Shown here piece after piece: positions 22,392-34,968 of a stretch of 64,000 nt of DNA; positions within the stretch are counted from its first letter, which is position 1, and each line of letters opens with the position of its first letter. The notes under the pieces were generated by a model, which had not been told where the DNA came from, made no database searches, and saw nothing but the letters and a program-made list of their open reading frames with translations. The translations under genes and the position numbers were made by a program. Source of the stretch: Phyllosticta citribraziliensis (Eukaryota); assembly GCF_038025025.1 (NCBI RefSeq), contig NW_027117339.1:248001-312000 (forward strand). The letters run 5' to 3'.

Positions 22392-23873
22392 TCACCACAG
22401 TCCCCGATCTCTCACATCGACCAACTCCTCCTCCTGCTCGCCAGCCCTGCCCTCGCGGCGCAGCTGCTCGCGCACAAAGCGGCGGCGCAAGAGCGCCAGC
22501 GCCTCGAAGTGCGTGTAGAAAGGCACCATGGGACTGATGATGGGCGGGCCGCGCATGCCGGGCGGGAGGGGCGCGTCGGGGTCAAAGGGGCGCGTGCGGT
22601 GCGTGGTCTGGTTTGTGGCCGTGTGCATGTTGGTGGGCATGTTGGTCAGGGTGGTCGAGGATGAGGTCGAGGTGGTAGAGGTGGTGGTGGAGGGGCGGGT
22701 GAAGTTGTGGTTGTTGCTGGTGTTATTGTTGATGAAGATGGGGTTGTAGCCATGGTTGAAGCCATGGTTCATGAAGTGGTTATGAGGGCCAGTAGCGGCG
22801 GTGGGCGCGGCGTGGTGACCAGCATAGCCGGCGTGGGCATGTGTATGAACGTGCTGCGGAGGCGCCGCCATGGTGAAGCTGCGTGCGAGGTTGTTGGACG
22901 AGGCGACGGCGGTGGGTAAGGAGGGCAAGGTGCCGAGAGCACGCGGCAGCATGTTGGCGCCGTTGACATGGACGGCGGCGGCGGCGTGCTGCTGCTGGTA
23001 GACGTGCTGCTGCTGGCGTCGCTGGTGCTGGTGCAGAAGCAGATGGTACTGCTGCTGCTGGCGCGCCTGGTGCTGCTCGTACTGGCGTAGCTGCTGCTGG
23101 TACAGCGCGTTCTGGTGCTGCTGTAGCTGCTCCATGTGCTGGAGCTGGTGGTGGTACTCCGCACGCTGCTGCTGTTGTTGCTGTTGCTGCTGCTGTTGGA
23201 CCGCGTTGCCCTGGCGCCAGAACTCCGACTGCATGCGCTCCAGCGCCTCGTAGTAGCCTGGCGGCGCCCTGCCGGCGACACGGGGCGCCGCGGGAGCCGC
23301 CTGTCCTTGGGGGACCGGGTAGCCGGGTGGGAGCGGCATGGTGGTGGTGGTGGTGGTTCGGGGGGGTGGAGAGCTTGGTGGGAGGTGTGGAGAGGTGGAG
23401 AGGGGGGAGGAGACGCGGTGTTTGGGTCTGATATTGACGGGAGGGGGCTCAATTTTGAGCTCCTCGTCCTCCTGGATTGTGGGCATCAGGCGCGACGCCA
23501 AATGCGCAAACGAGGAGCGCCGGGAGCGTGGGCGCGCCGCAGGCGCCGTCGGCGAGGACCTCGAGGAGGCGTTGCTGGAGCTGCTGCTGCTGCTGCTGCT
23601 GCTGCGGCGCGGACGACCGCCGACGACGACGACGCTCTCGCTGGCTGCTGAGCTCTTCGACATGGGAGGACGGCCAGAGCTCATGGGGACAGCGTCGTTC
23701 CCAGCAGCGTCGTCGTCGTCGACGTTCTCGCCCGCGTCCGCGGCCTCGCCCTCCAGGCTCACGTACTCGATCACGCCCTGACGCGAGTAGATGTGGCGAA
23801 CGACGCCATGGCGGGGAGCGGCACTGGAGGGCGAGCCAGAGCCGTAGACAGAAGAGCGGCCAACCGTCGTCAT
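22392..23873 (-). CDS. Hypothetical low-complexity protein with poly-Ser, poly-Gln/His and Asn-rich tracts
   Basis: 493-aa ORF with host-like codon bias. A canonical 57-nt intron (GTAAGT at 23946, CTGAC branch, CAG at 23890) lies 16 nt upstream of the ATG, which supports transcription. No recognisable domain. Confidence 0.55.
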   Translation of the reverse strand: MTTVGRSSVYGSGSPSSAAPRHGVVRHIYSRQGVIEYVSLEGEAADAGENVDDDDAAGNDAVPMSSGRPPMSKSSAASESVVVVGGRPRRSSSSSSSSSSNASSRSSPTAPAARPRSRRSSFAHLASRLMPTIQEDEELKIEPPPVNIRPKHRVSSPLSTSPHLPPSSPPPRTTTTTTMPLPPGYPVPQGQAAPAAPRVAGRAPPGYYEALERMQSEFWRQGNAVQQQQQQQQQQQRAEYHHQLQHMEQLQQHQNALYQQQLRQYEQHQARQQQQYHLLLHQHQRRQQQHVYQQQHAAAAVHVNGANMLPRALGTLPSLPTAVASSNNLARSFTMAAPPQHVHTHAHAGYAGHHAAPTAATGPHNHFMNHGFNHGYNPIFINNNTSNNHNFTRPSTTTSTTSTSSSTTLTNMPTNMHTATNQTTHRTRPFDPDAPLPPGMRGPPIISPMVPFYTHFEALALLRRRFVREQLRREGRAGEQEEELVDVRDRGLW

Positions 23874-25203
23874 CTTGACTTGTCGATGCCTGTCCGATTG
23901 GTTTGGGTCAGTGAGCTGTCAGTGTGCGGTGGGCAGGGTGACTTACAGATGGCGCGTTGCGTTTTGCGTGTTGCGAGCGTCAGTGTCGAAGGACAGAAAG
24001 AATTCATTTTGAATCAGAGTGCTGCGGATGTGATGCCGAGCCTAAGTTGTGGCATCAGCCGCTCACGCAGTGCGGCTTGGTGTTGAGTGCGGCTGCGCTT
24101 TACTGTGCCCATGCCACACCAGGAAATTCAACTGCGAAAAGCCGTGAAGGAAAAAATGAGAAAGTGTGAACACAAGCATGCACTGCATTTAAAAAGCAAG
24201 AGAAAAGGACAATGAAGTATGCTCATTCCAATAGGGGGGATACTTTTCTCCAGGGGGCGAACGGAGATCGTTGAGATCGCATCAGTCAGGAAATAGGACA
24301 GTGGTTCTCGTGGGCAAGTAGTTGAATCTTCCTGGTGCTCATAACAGGGTAAAGACTGGACACCCCCACTCACCTTATGAGAAGCTCCCATACTATCTGC
24401 CCAACAGCTCCAAGATGCCTTGGACCAAACACTCACCATGATATCCTCATTTGCATCCCCCTGAAAAGCTTTATCCACCTGATCATTTCAAGGACGCTTT
24501 TGACTGATGCACCTAAGAAAGCGGACAGTTCGGACAGTTGTCTCGCGCGGATGACGATTGATTCTCATTCGATTTGACATGAAATGACAGCGAGCATACA
24601 AGAGCTCAGAAGGCAAAATGAGGAGGCTGGGAACCCGCAGTGATGGAGAGCAGGACAAGCCGAGGACTCGGAAGCGTTGACGGAATGATCGGAGATAGGA
24701 AAGGGCGCGGCCGTGTGCGGCAACGACGGAGTAGATCTCTGAAGAGAAAAGAAACGCGCTGGATAACAGGCAGGCTGGTAAAAGACTGGCATGATGGACA
24801 AAAGCCACTCACCCCTTACACGAGCGTCGTCGAGCATCCCTCGCTCTTAGTCCTACACTCCTTTTTCAGACAGCGTGGTAGAAAGAAGGACGAATTCAGA
24901 ATCGCTAGCAAACAACACCCCATCCAGCCAACCGTAATCGTATCATCTCTCATGTCCAGCGAGATACAATATCCACTCACAAACGCCAACCCGCTACCAT
25001 CAAAGCGTATTCCCAGACGCTTGCGATTCCATCCGTATAAAAAGATCCGGCCTGTACCCTGTACCCTATCCTATCCTATCCTACCTACACGTCGTATCGT
25101 TCTAGCTCAGACAAAGTCCCATAGTTTCGTAACGTCATCATACACAGGGCGCCGCTCGTCCTGACAGACAAGCACGCCGTCTTTGTTCGCCCAGGCAGCC
25201 GGT

Positions 25204-25834
25204 TTAGACCTGGCTCATGGACGGAGCAGGGCCGCGCACGCTGCTGGCGCCGCTGCTGCCGGCCAGCCCGTCGCGGCGCTGCAGGAACGAGAAGACGGCC
25301 GAGGCAGCAAACGCCACGAAGCCGAACCACAGAAAGGCCGTCGAGGCTTGGGCTTCGCGGCAGCGCTTTGCCGTGTCGGCGGCGCCGTTGGTGATGGAGT
25401 TGCTCCTAGTGTAGCCCTGGATGATGTCAGTGACAAGGTTCGTTTTCAGAAAAAAGTGTTGGACGTACGTCGTTGCTGCACGAGTGCACGCCCAGGTAGG
25501 CGGCTAGGGCGATGCCGCCGCACAGGAAAAAGAGCGTGTTGGCGACGTCCAGGCCCATCATGACCAAAGGCACGCCCAGGCCGTCCTTGACCGTGGCAGG
25601 GATGAGGTAGAAGAGCGACAGCATGGCAAAGACGGCAGCGAACATGGTGTAGTTGATGACGCTTGGGTTGCCGGAAAAGGCGTCGGCGATGATGCTGCCG
25701 ACGAGGGCCATGATGAGGAGCGTCCAGAAGAACTGCAGTCTTTGTTAGCGCGCTGAAGCGTGCACATGGGTCGCGAATGCGTGGTCAAGTACCTGGAGCC
25801 CTCGGAGGATAACGTTGAGAGCCTTGGAAGCCAT
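25204..25834 (-). CDS. NCE102: MARVEL-domain eisosome/MCC protein Nce102 (non-classical export protein), 3 exons
   Basis: Exons 25834-25793, 25732-25469, 25416-25204 give MASKALNVILRGLQFFWTLLIMALVGSII...NPSVINYTMF...GGIALAAYLGVHSCSNDGYTRSNSITNG...RCREAQASTAFLWF...PSMSQV*: four TMs plus the HSC/RCREAQA and MSQV hallmarks. Confidence 0.93.
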
Positions 25835-28800
25835 GGCTGGAGTTGTACGGTTGGAGGCGGTCTTGTTGGTGACAATGTTTCTGCCTAGGAGGGAGCTGTG
25901 GTGTGGTGTTGTTATACAGCCAGGATGTGTCGAGTAGTGACGTCGGCGGTGGGATGACGTCGCGAGGGCGCACCAGTGGCCGCTCAGCCCTTCCCTTCCT
26001 TTGCAGCGATATTTTTCTCGCGGCTGGCTTGCACAAGCGCGTCGGGCGGTGGAGATTAATTCGCGAGGAATGCAGTCAAGGCCTCTGCAAGCAAGGTGGT
26101 GAGTGTCCGACCTTGATCTTAAGAGCAGAGCAGGCAACGACCTGGATCGCTACAGCAACGCCATCTTGGCGAGAGGAAGTTGTGTCTGTAGCCGCTGAGT
26201 CGTCGGCCGCGACACCATGCACGTCGATCTGGTCGCTCGCCTCACCTTTGACTGGGCCTCGCGCCTCGACGCCATCCCAACGCGCGCACTGCCACACTCC
26301 CTGCTTGACGCTGGGTTGGGTGGTGAGAATTAAGCCCCGGGACAAACCAATCGACGTCGTGTGCCACGACTAGACGACAATTTTCTGCGGCCAAACCAAA
26401 AGTCCGGCAATAAACCCCAGTCGCTGCACCTCGATTCGCCATTGCTTTGTTTCACTGGCGAGTCACACTGCAGGGTCATTCGCTGTCGCCAACCGCTAGA
26501 GACGTCGAGGTCACCACCACCAACCAACGCTGCGACAGTGCCTTTTTTTCTTTCTTGTCGTCTGCGCGCGTCGACACGATACTGCCGTAGTCGCGGCCGT
26601 TGGTGCTAGCTTCGTTTCTCGTTTGGCGCAGCAGACCCGCCTCGTCGACGATGCCTGAACAATTGCAGGGCAAATGCATGGCCACGCAAGCACTGCTCGA
26701 CACCAGGCAAACGGCGGCCCTGGGCAAAGCGCGATGGTATTCGAGTTTGGACCGCATGACTGAATGAGTAATCTCGTGTTCATTTGCTCGCCGCGCTTGA
26801 CACTCGGCTTGGAGCCGCCGTAGCCTTGTGAAATTAGGGAGTGCTGCTATTGCATAACACCGTGTGCCACTACGTGTCCTGGTTTATGCGCAACCAAAGT
26901 CGAATAATTGGCAATGGCGGATCGATTGTAGGATGGCAGTGATGACAAGTTGGGGCTGAAGAAAAGCACATTGCCCATCGGTGCCCCGCACTGCGCTGAG
27001 TCGCAAGTCCCAGAGACGCGGACACGGGAGTCCAGGCCCTTGGTCATCTAAGGTATCGTTGGTGCCCTGCTGCCCGCAATTGACGGTTGCGACCCGCGTG
27101 TGCAGCATGGGTCATGGAAAGTTGGACGTCAAGAGACCCAACTTGGAGGCTGGAGTGAGGCAGAATGATGAAGAGGGGAACGAGGTACCAAAGTCAATAG
27201 CTACAGGGAGAGTTGGTTCGGAACGGCGCCCCCAGCCGAGAAGCGCTACTGCAGTGCCAAGCGGGCCCAAGGAGCGTTGGTGGTTCCTGGGAACATGAAG
27301 CTTCTTCACCGCCAGAGTATAGAGATTGAAGGAGCCAGATGCGGAGAGACGAAACTGCAACGGGGGCCGGGGAGGTGTTGGGCATGTCACGTTGTGTGGA
27401 GCAGGCCCGGGCAGGGCGGGGATGTTGCTCGTCGTAGGCAATGCAGTTGTAGGCGTTGTGGGTGCGATTTGAGTGGCCAAAAGCGGGGCGCGTCAGGTCA
27501 AGCCAGGGGAAGATGGGAATGAAAAAGGCAGATGCTGCGGGGAAGAGCATCAAGATCAAGGAACATAATCATTTGATGGACGTCGACGAGGCTTGGGCGC
27601 AGCGCAGCGCAGTGCGGGGCTAGGACTCGCCGTGTCTTTGGATCTCGCGTGTCAGGTATCGCAACGGCCGCGTGACTGGCTCCTGACGGCGCCATCCTCG
27701 CAGCTGCGACGAGCACGGCGGAGTCTTGTCACCCGTCCGGCACGCCGGTGGAGAGGAGGCTGGGGATCCATGCAGGCATGCAGACCCTGAGCTGGGGGGA
27801 GGTGGTGAGGTGGTGAGGGGAGTAAACGGCAGCATGGTAAAGAGGACGACGACGATGAGGAGGGCGACGACAACAACTGAAAGAAGAACAACACGTCGAC
27901 AACAAGAGGACGCAAAAGGAATACCCACCGCATCTCAGTCGACGTCCGTCCATGGATTGATCATCACCTCACACACAGGTCGGCCCGCCATCGGGCTCCA
28001 CGGTGCAGCAGTTCATGCCAAAAGCGGCCTAGGGCTTTCCCCGCAATTCCCACGTCCTGAAGCGGCCCCTGACCTTGCTCCCTCTTGCTCCAGGCCATGA
28101 GGTGGAAGCCTCAAAGCTATCCAAATCCTCCGCTCCACTTCCGTTGCTGTGCTCTTGTCTTGCATCTCACGCTTCCCTCCGTCTCCCACCGCGCCCACAC
28201 ACCCGCTCCTCAACACCACCAAACCCGTCGCCTCCACCGCGACGACTCCACCGTCTCGTCTCGTCCGCATTCCTCGCCGCTCCGCCCGCGTGCGCACATC
28301 CCAGTGGTCCCGGTCCTGGTCCTGGTCCTGGTCCCCGGCCTGCTTCTCTACCGCCCGCCGCGCCAAAGCGGGACCGACTTACCCCAGAGGCTCGGGATTA
28401 GTCGAACCACCACTGTCACCCCGAAATCTCGCTCCACATCACGCCTCGACATCTCTTTTCCTCTGTCCGCTCTCTTTGCGCCGCCCCAACCGCCGCGCAC
28501 CCTCGTCCTCTTGTCGCTTCGCTCTTGCTGCGACAATGTCCATCCGCTGACTGCGCCGCTCCACTCACTGATCGCCAACTTTGCGGCTCAACCAACCCGT
28601 GGCGCGCCCCGTCCTTTTTTCCCCACGCCCATCCCATCGACCAGGCGACTCCGTCGCACGCCGTCCTACTTCGTCTTCTCATGCTACCCCTCTCTCCTGC
28701 CTCCTCCGCCTGCATACCTTATCCACGCCACCCGCTGGCCGCTCGTCTGAAAGATTTGGGATAGACTGTTTGAGAAAAAGTTCGGCGCATTTGGGCATTG

Positions 28801-29984
28801 CTTTGCACTCTTCCAGGTACCCTACGCGGCCCTGCCCTGCCCATCGCTCGCGTCGCTGAACAAAGCTGCCGCAGGTTCAGAATACACCTTCCATCAAGAC
28901 GTTAAACGGGTCGGCTCGGACTGCGCGGCAATAGATACTTCTTCACGGTACGTCGTCGCCTCTGTAAGCTCCCGGGAATCCAGCTGCAGATCACCATCCG
29001 GCGTGGTCGCTCTGGCGCTGATGGCACAGTATAGTGATTCCATTGTTGAGATATAGACATAGAATATTCCCCCGGTCCGCCGATCGTTGGCTGTATTTGT
29101 TTCGTCATTTTTGTACTCTAGGTAAGCACCATCTTCCCTTTATTTTCGTCCTTGTCCTTGCGTTTGTCTTTTCGCCACCGCGCGTTGCTGGCTTGTGGAA
29201 TTTGCCGCTTGCGATGTGACGTGTTGCGCGCGTGCTCGTCAGTCGAGCGCCAGGCCCTGAGGAGACTCTAGCCTTGGCCCTGTTCGCGTTGGTCGCTGCC
29301 AAAATTTCAATTTTTTGTGCCTTTGCAAAATCAAGAACCAAGGCTGCTAGGCCACGCGAGAAAGACGCGGACGATCTCTCGGTTGAAGCCGAAATTGTAT
29401 TCCAACAACGCTTCTGGCCAGAGATACCGTTCCTCGAGGGTGTAAATCTTCATGGTTTCAAAGTCTTGGTCCAATTTCGCAGCCTTTTGTAGTTGGAAGC
29501 TCGCACGCGCGCCAGGTGGGACGAAATGTTGACTTGCATCGCTGCGTAGTAATTACACGTCCACTTTCACGACGACAGCCACGCCGAGAAACAATTCACA
29601 ACACCACATTTCGCCTTTTACCTTGAACGAGTCTTTACTCTTCAACCACCACAGCTTCTACCCGATAGACGGTCAACAATAAATCCGTTCTGATAGCGAA
29701 AATCCCCCGTTGATCCAACGTTTGGCGGTACGTATTTAGCCAACGGCCCCTTCAGCAAACTCCCTGGCTTTTTGCACAGTTTTCCATGTCACAGCTGTGT
29801 GTGGTCTGCGCTGGCCGCCTCCTTAGGCTGGACCAAACGCGAGGTCAACTCATCAGGAGAGATCACCGTGTTCGCATTTCACTGCTTTGGGGGTCGTCCT
29901 TGTCGCCATTTCCTCGCGCTCTCGTTGAATTCTGAGTCACAACCGCTGGGAGAGTTTTGGCTGACAAGGCAACTCAGAGACATC

Positions 29985-32642
29985 ATGGCTTCCGTACCAT
30001 CCACTCGACCAACTCAGGTCAACCCAAAACAGCCCCTCGGCCAGAAGAACGGTGCCTCTTCTCTATACCTGGAAAAGACCCTTGGCCAAGCTCCTCGTGG
30101 AGGCAGCCCGCATTCCGAAGCTATCGCATCCTCCGAGGACGAACGCGAAGTTGTAGCCAAGAAGCCTGGTTCGTCAACGACCTCTACGAAAAGCAGCCAG
30201 ATGCTCCCCCCTCTTCGTCGTGGCTCTTGGTTGCAAGAGGTCCAAGCTGGTCCGACAGCAAGAAGGCCTTCACAGGGCGGAGTTTCGATTACTTCCAACA
30301 ACTCTCAACCATCAACACCTGGTGAACACGGTCCTTGGAATCCCGCGGGTTACAAGGCTGCATCTGGCGCTGTCTCATTCACTCCATCATGGCCAAACGA
30401 GTCTCGCCGCGAGCCCCCCTCGCGCTTGACCGAACTCCCTCAACCCTCAAGCTACTTTGGTACGCTCCTCGGTGCAAGGGAAGAGTTGCGCTCCCCCGGT
30501 GTCGAGTCTCTTGGAGACGAGTCCCTACAGGTTCGGAAGGCTGGCAGGTCCCAGTCTTACTCGGTGGGACAGAGCGAGGGCTTGCCGGACCCTACTCAGG
30601 GCCGCGCTCGCGCAAGCTTCCAAGCCCCCCGCCCGAGTGGACTGGGAGAGTTGCGCGAGGAGGATTACAGCGGACAAGGTGGAATTCCTGTGAGTAAAGC
30701 AGCTCCCGGCCCTGGGTCGTCAGCACTCCTCAAGCATGCGCTGGGAGCGGGCGTCCGTCATCGCGCTTCAAGCACAAGCATCAATCCGGGCGCATGGCAC
30801 CCGCAGCGCTCGCAGACTTATTCAGAATCCGACTTTGCGGTGGACGAGGCTGATGACAACGAGGATGCGGACATATCCGGACGGCGCGGCGCGTCCATGC
30901 TCGGCAGGGGCCTCACGGACAGGCGCTTCAGTGAAATGTCACCACTGCGCACCGATCTGACCCTCAACTCTCCACGAACTCCGTGGCACAACTCTTCGCT
31001 TCCTTTCGACAGTATTGACGAGGGTTCCCAATCCCGCCGCCACTCCTTCGCTGTCGCCTCACCTCACTCGAGGAATCCCTTGGGTCATTCCCTCTTCGGA
31101 GAAAACAGCATGGACGACGAGACCCTCGCGATCTCGCGTGCAACCGCGAGCACGACTCACGTGACTCAAGACCTGGGCCAGGTCGCCCTTCCCTCACCGT
31201 CCCAAGTCCGTCCCACCAGCTACAGTCAAGAGACTGAATACGCACACTTCCGGACAAACTCCGGCGACGAGGAAACCGCCATTGAGCTTGGACAGGCACA
31301 CGATCGCGCCTTTGCGCAGTCATACTTTTCGGGTGTTGGCCCGGCTATGCGGAGTGCGCAGACAGTCTCCACGGGCTTCACCGCAACGTCCTCTGCTCCA
31401 CTCAATCCTTTTGCGCCTCCCAGTGTCCCTCGCCCGACCAAGCATCTTTACATCGTGACGTTCAAGTGCTCCCGGTCCGACGTCTACTACATTCCGGAAA
31501 ATGTTGGTCTTGAGGTGAAGGCTGGCGACATGGTCATCGTCGAAGGTGATCGTGGCCAAGACCTTGGACAAGTTGCTGCCGTTGACGTCTCTCTGGAGGC
31601 GGCAAAGGCTCACCTCAAAGAAGCTGGCGAGCAACACTTCCGTTGGCTCATGATGTTTTCCCGCCATGTCCAGGACCGGAACAGCGCGGCAAACCCCAAT
31701 GGCATGCTAGCCGTTAGCAACGGCGAGCAGTACGGCAGGGAGGGCGGCATGGGCCCTAGACCGCCACTTCAGAGTTCCTTGGGAGATGACCTTCGCCCAA
31801 AGATGCTTAAGCGCCTCGCTCAGGGACATGAAATCCAGGTCTTGAGAGACAAAGAGGGCGCCGAGGCGAAAGCCAAACGGGTGTGTCAGCAGAAGGCCAT
31901 GGAGCACGGACTGACCATGGAGATCCTTGACGCGGAATATCAGCTCGATTACAAGAAGCTGACCTTCTTTTACTACGCTGACTGCTACATTAACTTCAAC
32001 CACCTCGTGACGGACTTGTTCAAGATTTACAAGGCTCGCATCTGGATGTCGGCCGTCAATCCAGCCTCTTTTGCGACGCCGTCGACCGCTCTGTCGCAGC
32101 TACCACCTCCATCCAACCTCGGCCCTGGCGTTACTAACTCTGCCAACGGTGGAGGCTTCGGCAGCTCGAGCGTGGCCGTCGGACCAAGTTACGGTAGGGG
32201 AGCTTTCAGCAGTATGTATTACCGACGCGGTCATCACCCTCAACATCGACCAAACACTTACAACATACCAGCGCCTCGAACACCCGGTGGGCTCGAAGTC
32301 AGCCCAACTGAAGCACAGCACGACTTCACCGAGAATCAAGGTCGCCAGACATACAACTATGCCCACGCGCCTGCGTACGGTGGTTTCAATCCCGTGGCCC
32401 CTGCCTACGCCCCATCCTGGTTGCAGAGCCCGCCGCCCGTTAACCGGTACATGCCGTACCAGTACGGCTTCGGTGGACACGGTCACTCCCATGCAGGATA
32501 CCCAGCTCATAGCGGCGGCTATCCGGCATACTCTGGCCAAGATACTTCCGGAGGCCGCAACCACGGAGACGGCCACAGCGAAAACGACAATCACGACCTT
32601 GCAAACAGTCTTCAGGGTTTGTCCATCAACCGCGGACCGTAG
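29985..32642 (+). CDS. PSP1 C-terminal domain protein
   Basis: LYIVTFKCSRSDVYYI, GDMVIVEGDRGQDLG, KEGAEAKAKRVCQQK, MEILDAEYQLDYKKLTFFYYADCYINFNHLVTDLFKIYKARIWM match the PSP1 domain. The ATG follows a 5'UTR intron acceptor at 29977. A probable in-frame 60-nt intron lies at 32212-32271. Confidence 0.88.
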   Translation: MASVPSTRPTQVNPKQPLGQKNGASSLYLEKTLGQAPRGGSPHSEAIASSEDEREVVAKKPGSSTTSTKSSQMLPPLRRGSWLQEVQAGPTARRPSQGGVSITSNNSQPSTPGEHGPWNPAGYKAASGAVSFTPSWPNESRREPPSRLTELPQPSSYFGTLLGAREELRSPGVESLGDESLQVRKAGRSQSYSVGQSEGLPDPTQGRARASFQAPRPSGLGELREEDYSGQGGIPVSKAAPGPGSSALLKHALGAGVRHRASSTSINPGAWHPQRSQTYSESDFAVDEADDNEDADISGRRGASMLGRGLTDRRFSEMSPLRTDLTLNSPRTPWHNSSLPFDSIDEGSQSRRHSFAVASPHSRNPLGHSLFGENSMDDETLAISRATASTTHVTQDLGQVALPSPSQVRPTSYSQETEYAHFRTNSGDEETAIELGQAHDRAFAQSYFSGVGPAMRSAQTVSTGFTATSSAPLNPFAPPSVPRPTKHLYIVTFKCSRSDVYYIPENVGLEVKAGDMVIVEGDRGQDLGQVAAVDVSLEAAKAHLKEAGEQHFRWLMMFSRHVQDRNSAANPNGMLAVSNGEQYGREGGMGPRPPLQSSLGDDLRPKMLKRLAQGHEIQVLRDKEGAEAKAKRVCQQKAMEHGLTMEILDAEYQLDYKKLTFFYYADCYINFNHLVTDLFKIYKARIWMSAVNPASFATPSTALSQLPPPSNLGPGVTNSANGGGFGSSSVAVGPSYGRGAFSSMYYRRGHHPQHRPNTYNIPAPRTPGGLEVSPTEAQHDFTENQGRQTYNYAHAPAYGGFNPVAPAYAPSWLQSPPPVNRYMPYQYGFGGHGHSHAGYPAHSGGYPAYSGQDTSGGRNHGDGHSENDNHDLANSLQGLSINRGP

Positions 32643-34650
32643 AAGTCGACGCTCATCTTGGAAAGAAGAGTCATTGCTATGCCGCAGATTGGACACGCCC
32701 TTGAATTCTATGGAGAGCTACAGAGACTCGAAAATCACGACACCCGGGACAGGAAGGTTTCCCAACAATCCCGAAAGATCCTGCTAGGACCATCAAAAAC
32801 AGGCTCCCCTTCAGACATATCGGACCTCATGGATCTTTGCTATTCTTTTCCCAATAGCCCTGCCCGTTCGGGCGCGGGCATCTCACTGGCTTTTCCAAAT
32901 TCCGAAACGAGCCGGCCCATGATCTGCAAAACGACTCACGTCTTCCATTTCGACAGACATCTCTTGCGTGCGCAGATGCGGACATTTCCTGCGTTCAAGA
33001 CTCCCCCCCTTCATGACCGAAAAGTCGACGACTGCCCCCAAAAACATCTCCAGACGGTACATCATGACCCATCCCCACGATTGACTTCTACCAGCATGGC
33101 GTTTTTGGACACGAAGCCAACGAAGCCTGGATGCGCCCCAGCTGTCTGCGGGCCCCGTTTCAGGTGCATCTGGCTTTGCTTTCCATGGCGCTAGATCAAG
33201 AAACCAAAGACTGCTCTGCTTCTTCTCGACCACCCATCCCCCCTGCGATTTGTTTTACGGTACGGTAAGGTGCATGCATTTTTGCTTCACCTCTTCTCTC
33301 CTCCCCATCTTTTGCGCCGGTTGTTGTTGTTGTCACGCGGCGACGAGGGCAACGGGTGGAAAAAGGGATGGATGGACGGCTTGCTTGCTTGATGGATATC
33401 GGTCACGATGGTTTTGCAGATGATGGACGATGGACTTTTACTCGTCGGGCCCCCGGCGGAAAATGGCTTTTCCCTCTTTGCTTCTTCTTCTTCAATTTTC
33501 TTGCTGCATCACACCACCAAATTTTTTTGTTTTGCCTCCGGCTCTTGCTACGGTACTTCTGCCTCATCATCATGCACATGCACACCTTGCTTGCTGGCTC
33601 TATGCTCTATGCTTTGTTTCGGCAGAGGTTGGTAAAACACTACCTACGCCAACCCCCACACCCCTCCTCTCATCCATCACCAAGACTCTTATCTTTGCTC
33701 TTGTCTCTTCTTCTTCCACTTCTCCGTGATTAAAATTGAAATGGCGTCCCGCCATCCAGTGCAGTGCGCTTCTTTCTCGTCGTCAAGGGCCTCTTTCTAT
33801 TGCCGTCGTGCTGATCTGTCTGCCTGTCTGTCTTATCTGCCTGTCGCGCTTGATCGCTTGCCTGCGCTGTAAATGCTTTTTTTGCTGCTGCTCTGGATTC
33901 GTTGCATATGCTTTTGGACGGCCAGGGGTACGGGTACGGGTGTCGAGTCGATGTTTTGACGTTGCGAGATTGATGATGGATGTGCTTTGCTGCCTTTCTG
34001 CCTTTCTGCCTTTCTGCCTTCCTCTCTGCCGCTGCTACTACTGCTGCCATTGCTACCATTGCTACCTGTTTTGCGCGCGCGCGCGTCTGTCGAAAGCTAA
34101 GATTGCGAAGGAGGGAGGGGCCTTTTCAGATGGCCTGGACTGAATTGTTGGACGTGCTGGGTAATGTCTGGCCATTGTTCGAGCGAAGGGCCTACGTATG
34201 GGTTGATGGATGCTTGATGGATGGAGTAGAATGTGGGGTGCGGTGTGCGGAGAGAGAGAGAGGCGTGAGAGATGGTAGAATCTGACTTGTTCTTTTTTAT
34301 CGCGAGGGCGTGCCGCTCGTCTGTGGCTGTGTTGCGTGAGGCATGCTTGGAGAGTGAGTGATGTGTGAGAGTAGGTAGGCAGGCGTCTTGCTTCGTGGTG
34401 TGCTGTGCGATGCCTGTAAACGGACGGGAGGTGGTGCCTTTTCGCTCCTCCCGCCTCTGGGACGCCCTTCCTCATCCACACATCTCTCCAACTCGCACGA
34501 CACCAACACCAACTTTTGCTGATTCGGCCTCCGAAATTGACGTCGACGACGACGACGAGAATATCTGCCATCTGCGCTGCGTTCAGCTTCAATCGGGGTA
34601 CGCTTGCAGTACCTTCCTCCCTGACCGCAGCGCCGCGAGCCTCAAATATC

Positions 34651-34968
34651 GACCAGTGACCAAAAGCCTTCACCTTCACCTTCACATCCAAAACGAAGCC
34701 TGAGATCGCGTCAGAGATCAGCGATAGGAACTCTCTCACCTCCCAACAGCGCGCCGCGCTCTTCTCGAGAAGGACAGGGCCGAGAGACAGCTCTGCGCTT
34801 CCACCATCAGACCAGCGACCGACGGCCTTCGCCTCCTTCACCTTCACAACCAACTCAAAGCCTGGGATCTGCATCAAAAGAACAGCCACAGAAACGCGCT
34901 GTCTCCAGCAGCTGGCCGCGCTCTTCTCGGGAAGGACAGGGCCAAGACACAGCTCTGCGCTTCCGCCA
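34651..34968 (+). repeat. Imperfect tandem duplication, unit about 160 nt, 2 copies
   Basis: GCCGCGCTCTTCTCG(A/G)GAAGGACAGGGCC(G/A)AGA(G/C)ACAGCTCTGCGCTTCC occurs at 34753 and 34915 (162-nt offset). Upstream parts (GACCAG.GACC...CACCTTCACA...AAGCCTG.GATC) also match. Confidence 0.85.

Noticed and set aside
24128..24840. Minus-strand donor-like sites (GTGAGT) and short ORFs between NCE102 and the Gln-rich gene
   Set aside because: Could not assemble a coherent spliced CDS; may be UTR sequence.
29772..29984. N-terminal extension of the PSP1 ORF in the ORF track
   Set aside because: Starts at TTG and lies inside the 29728-29977 leader intron.
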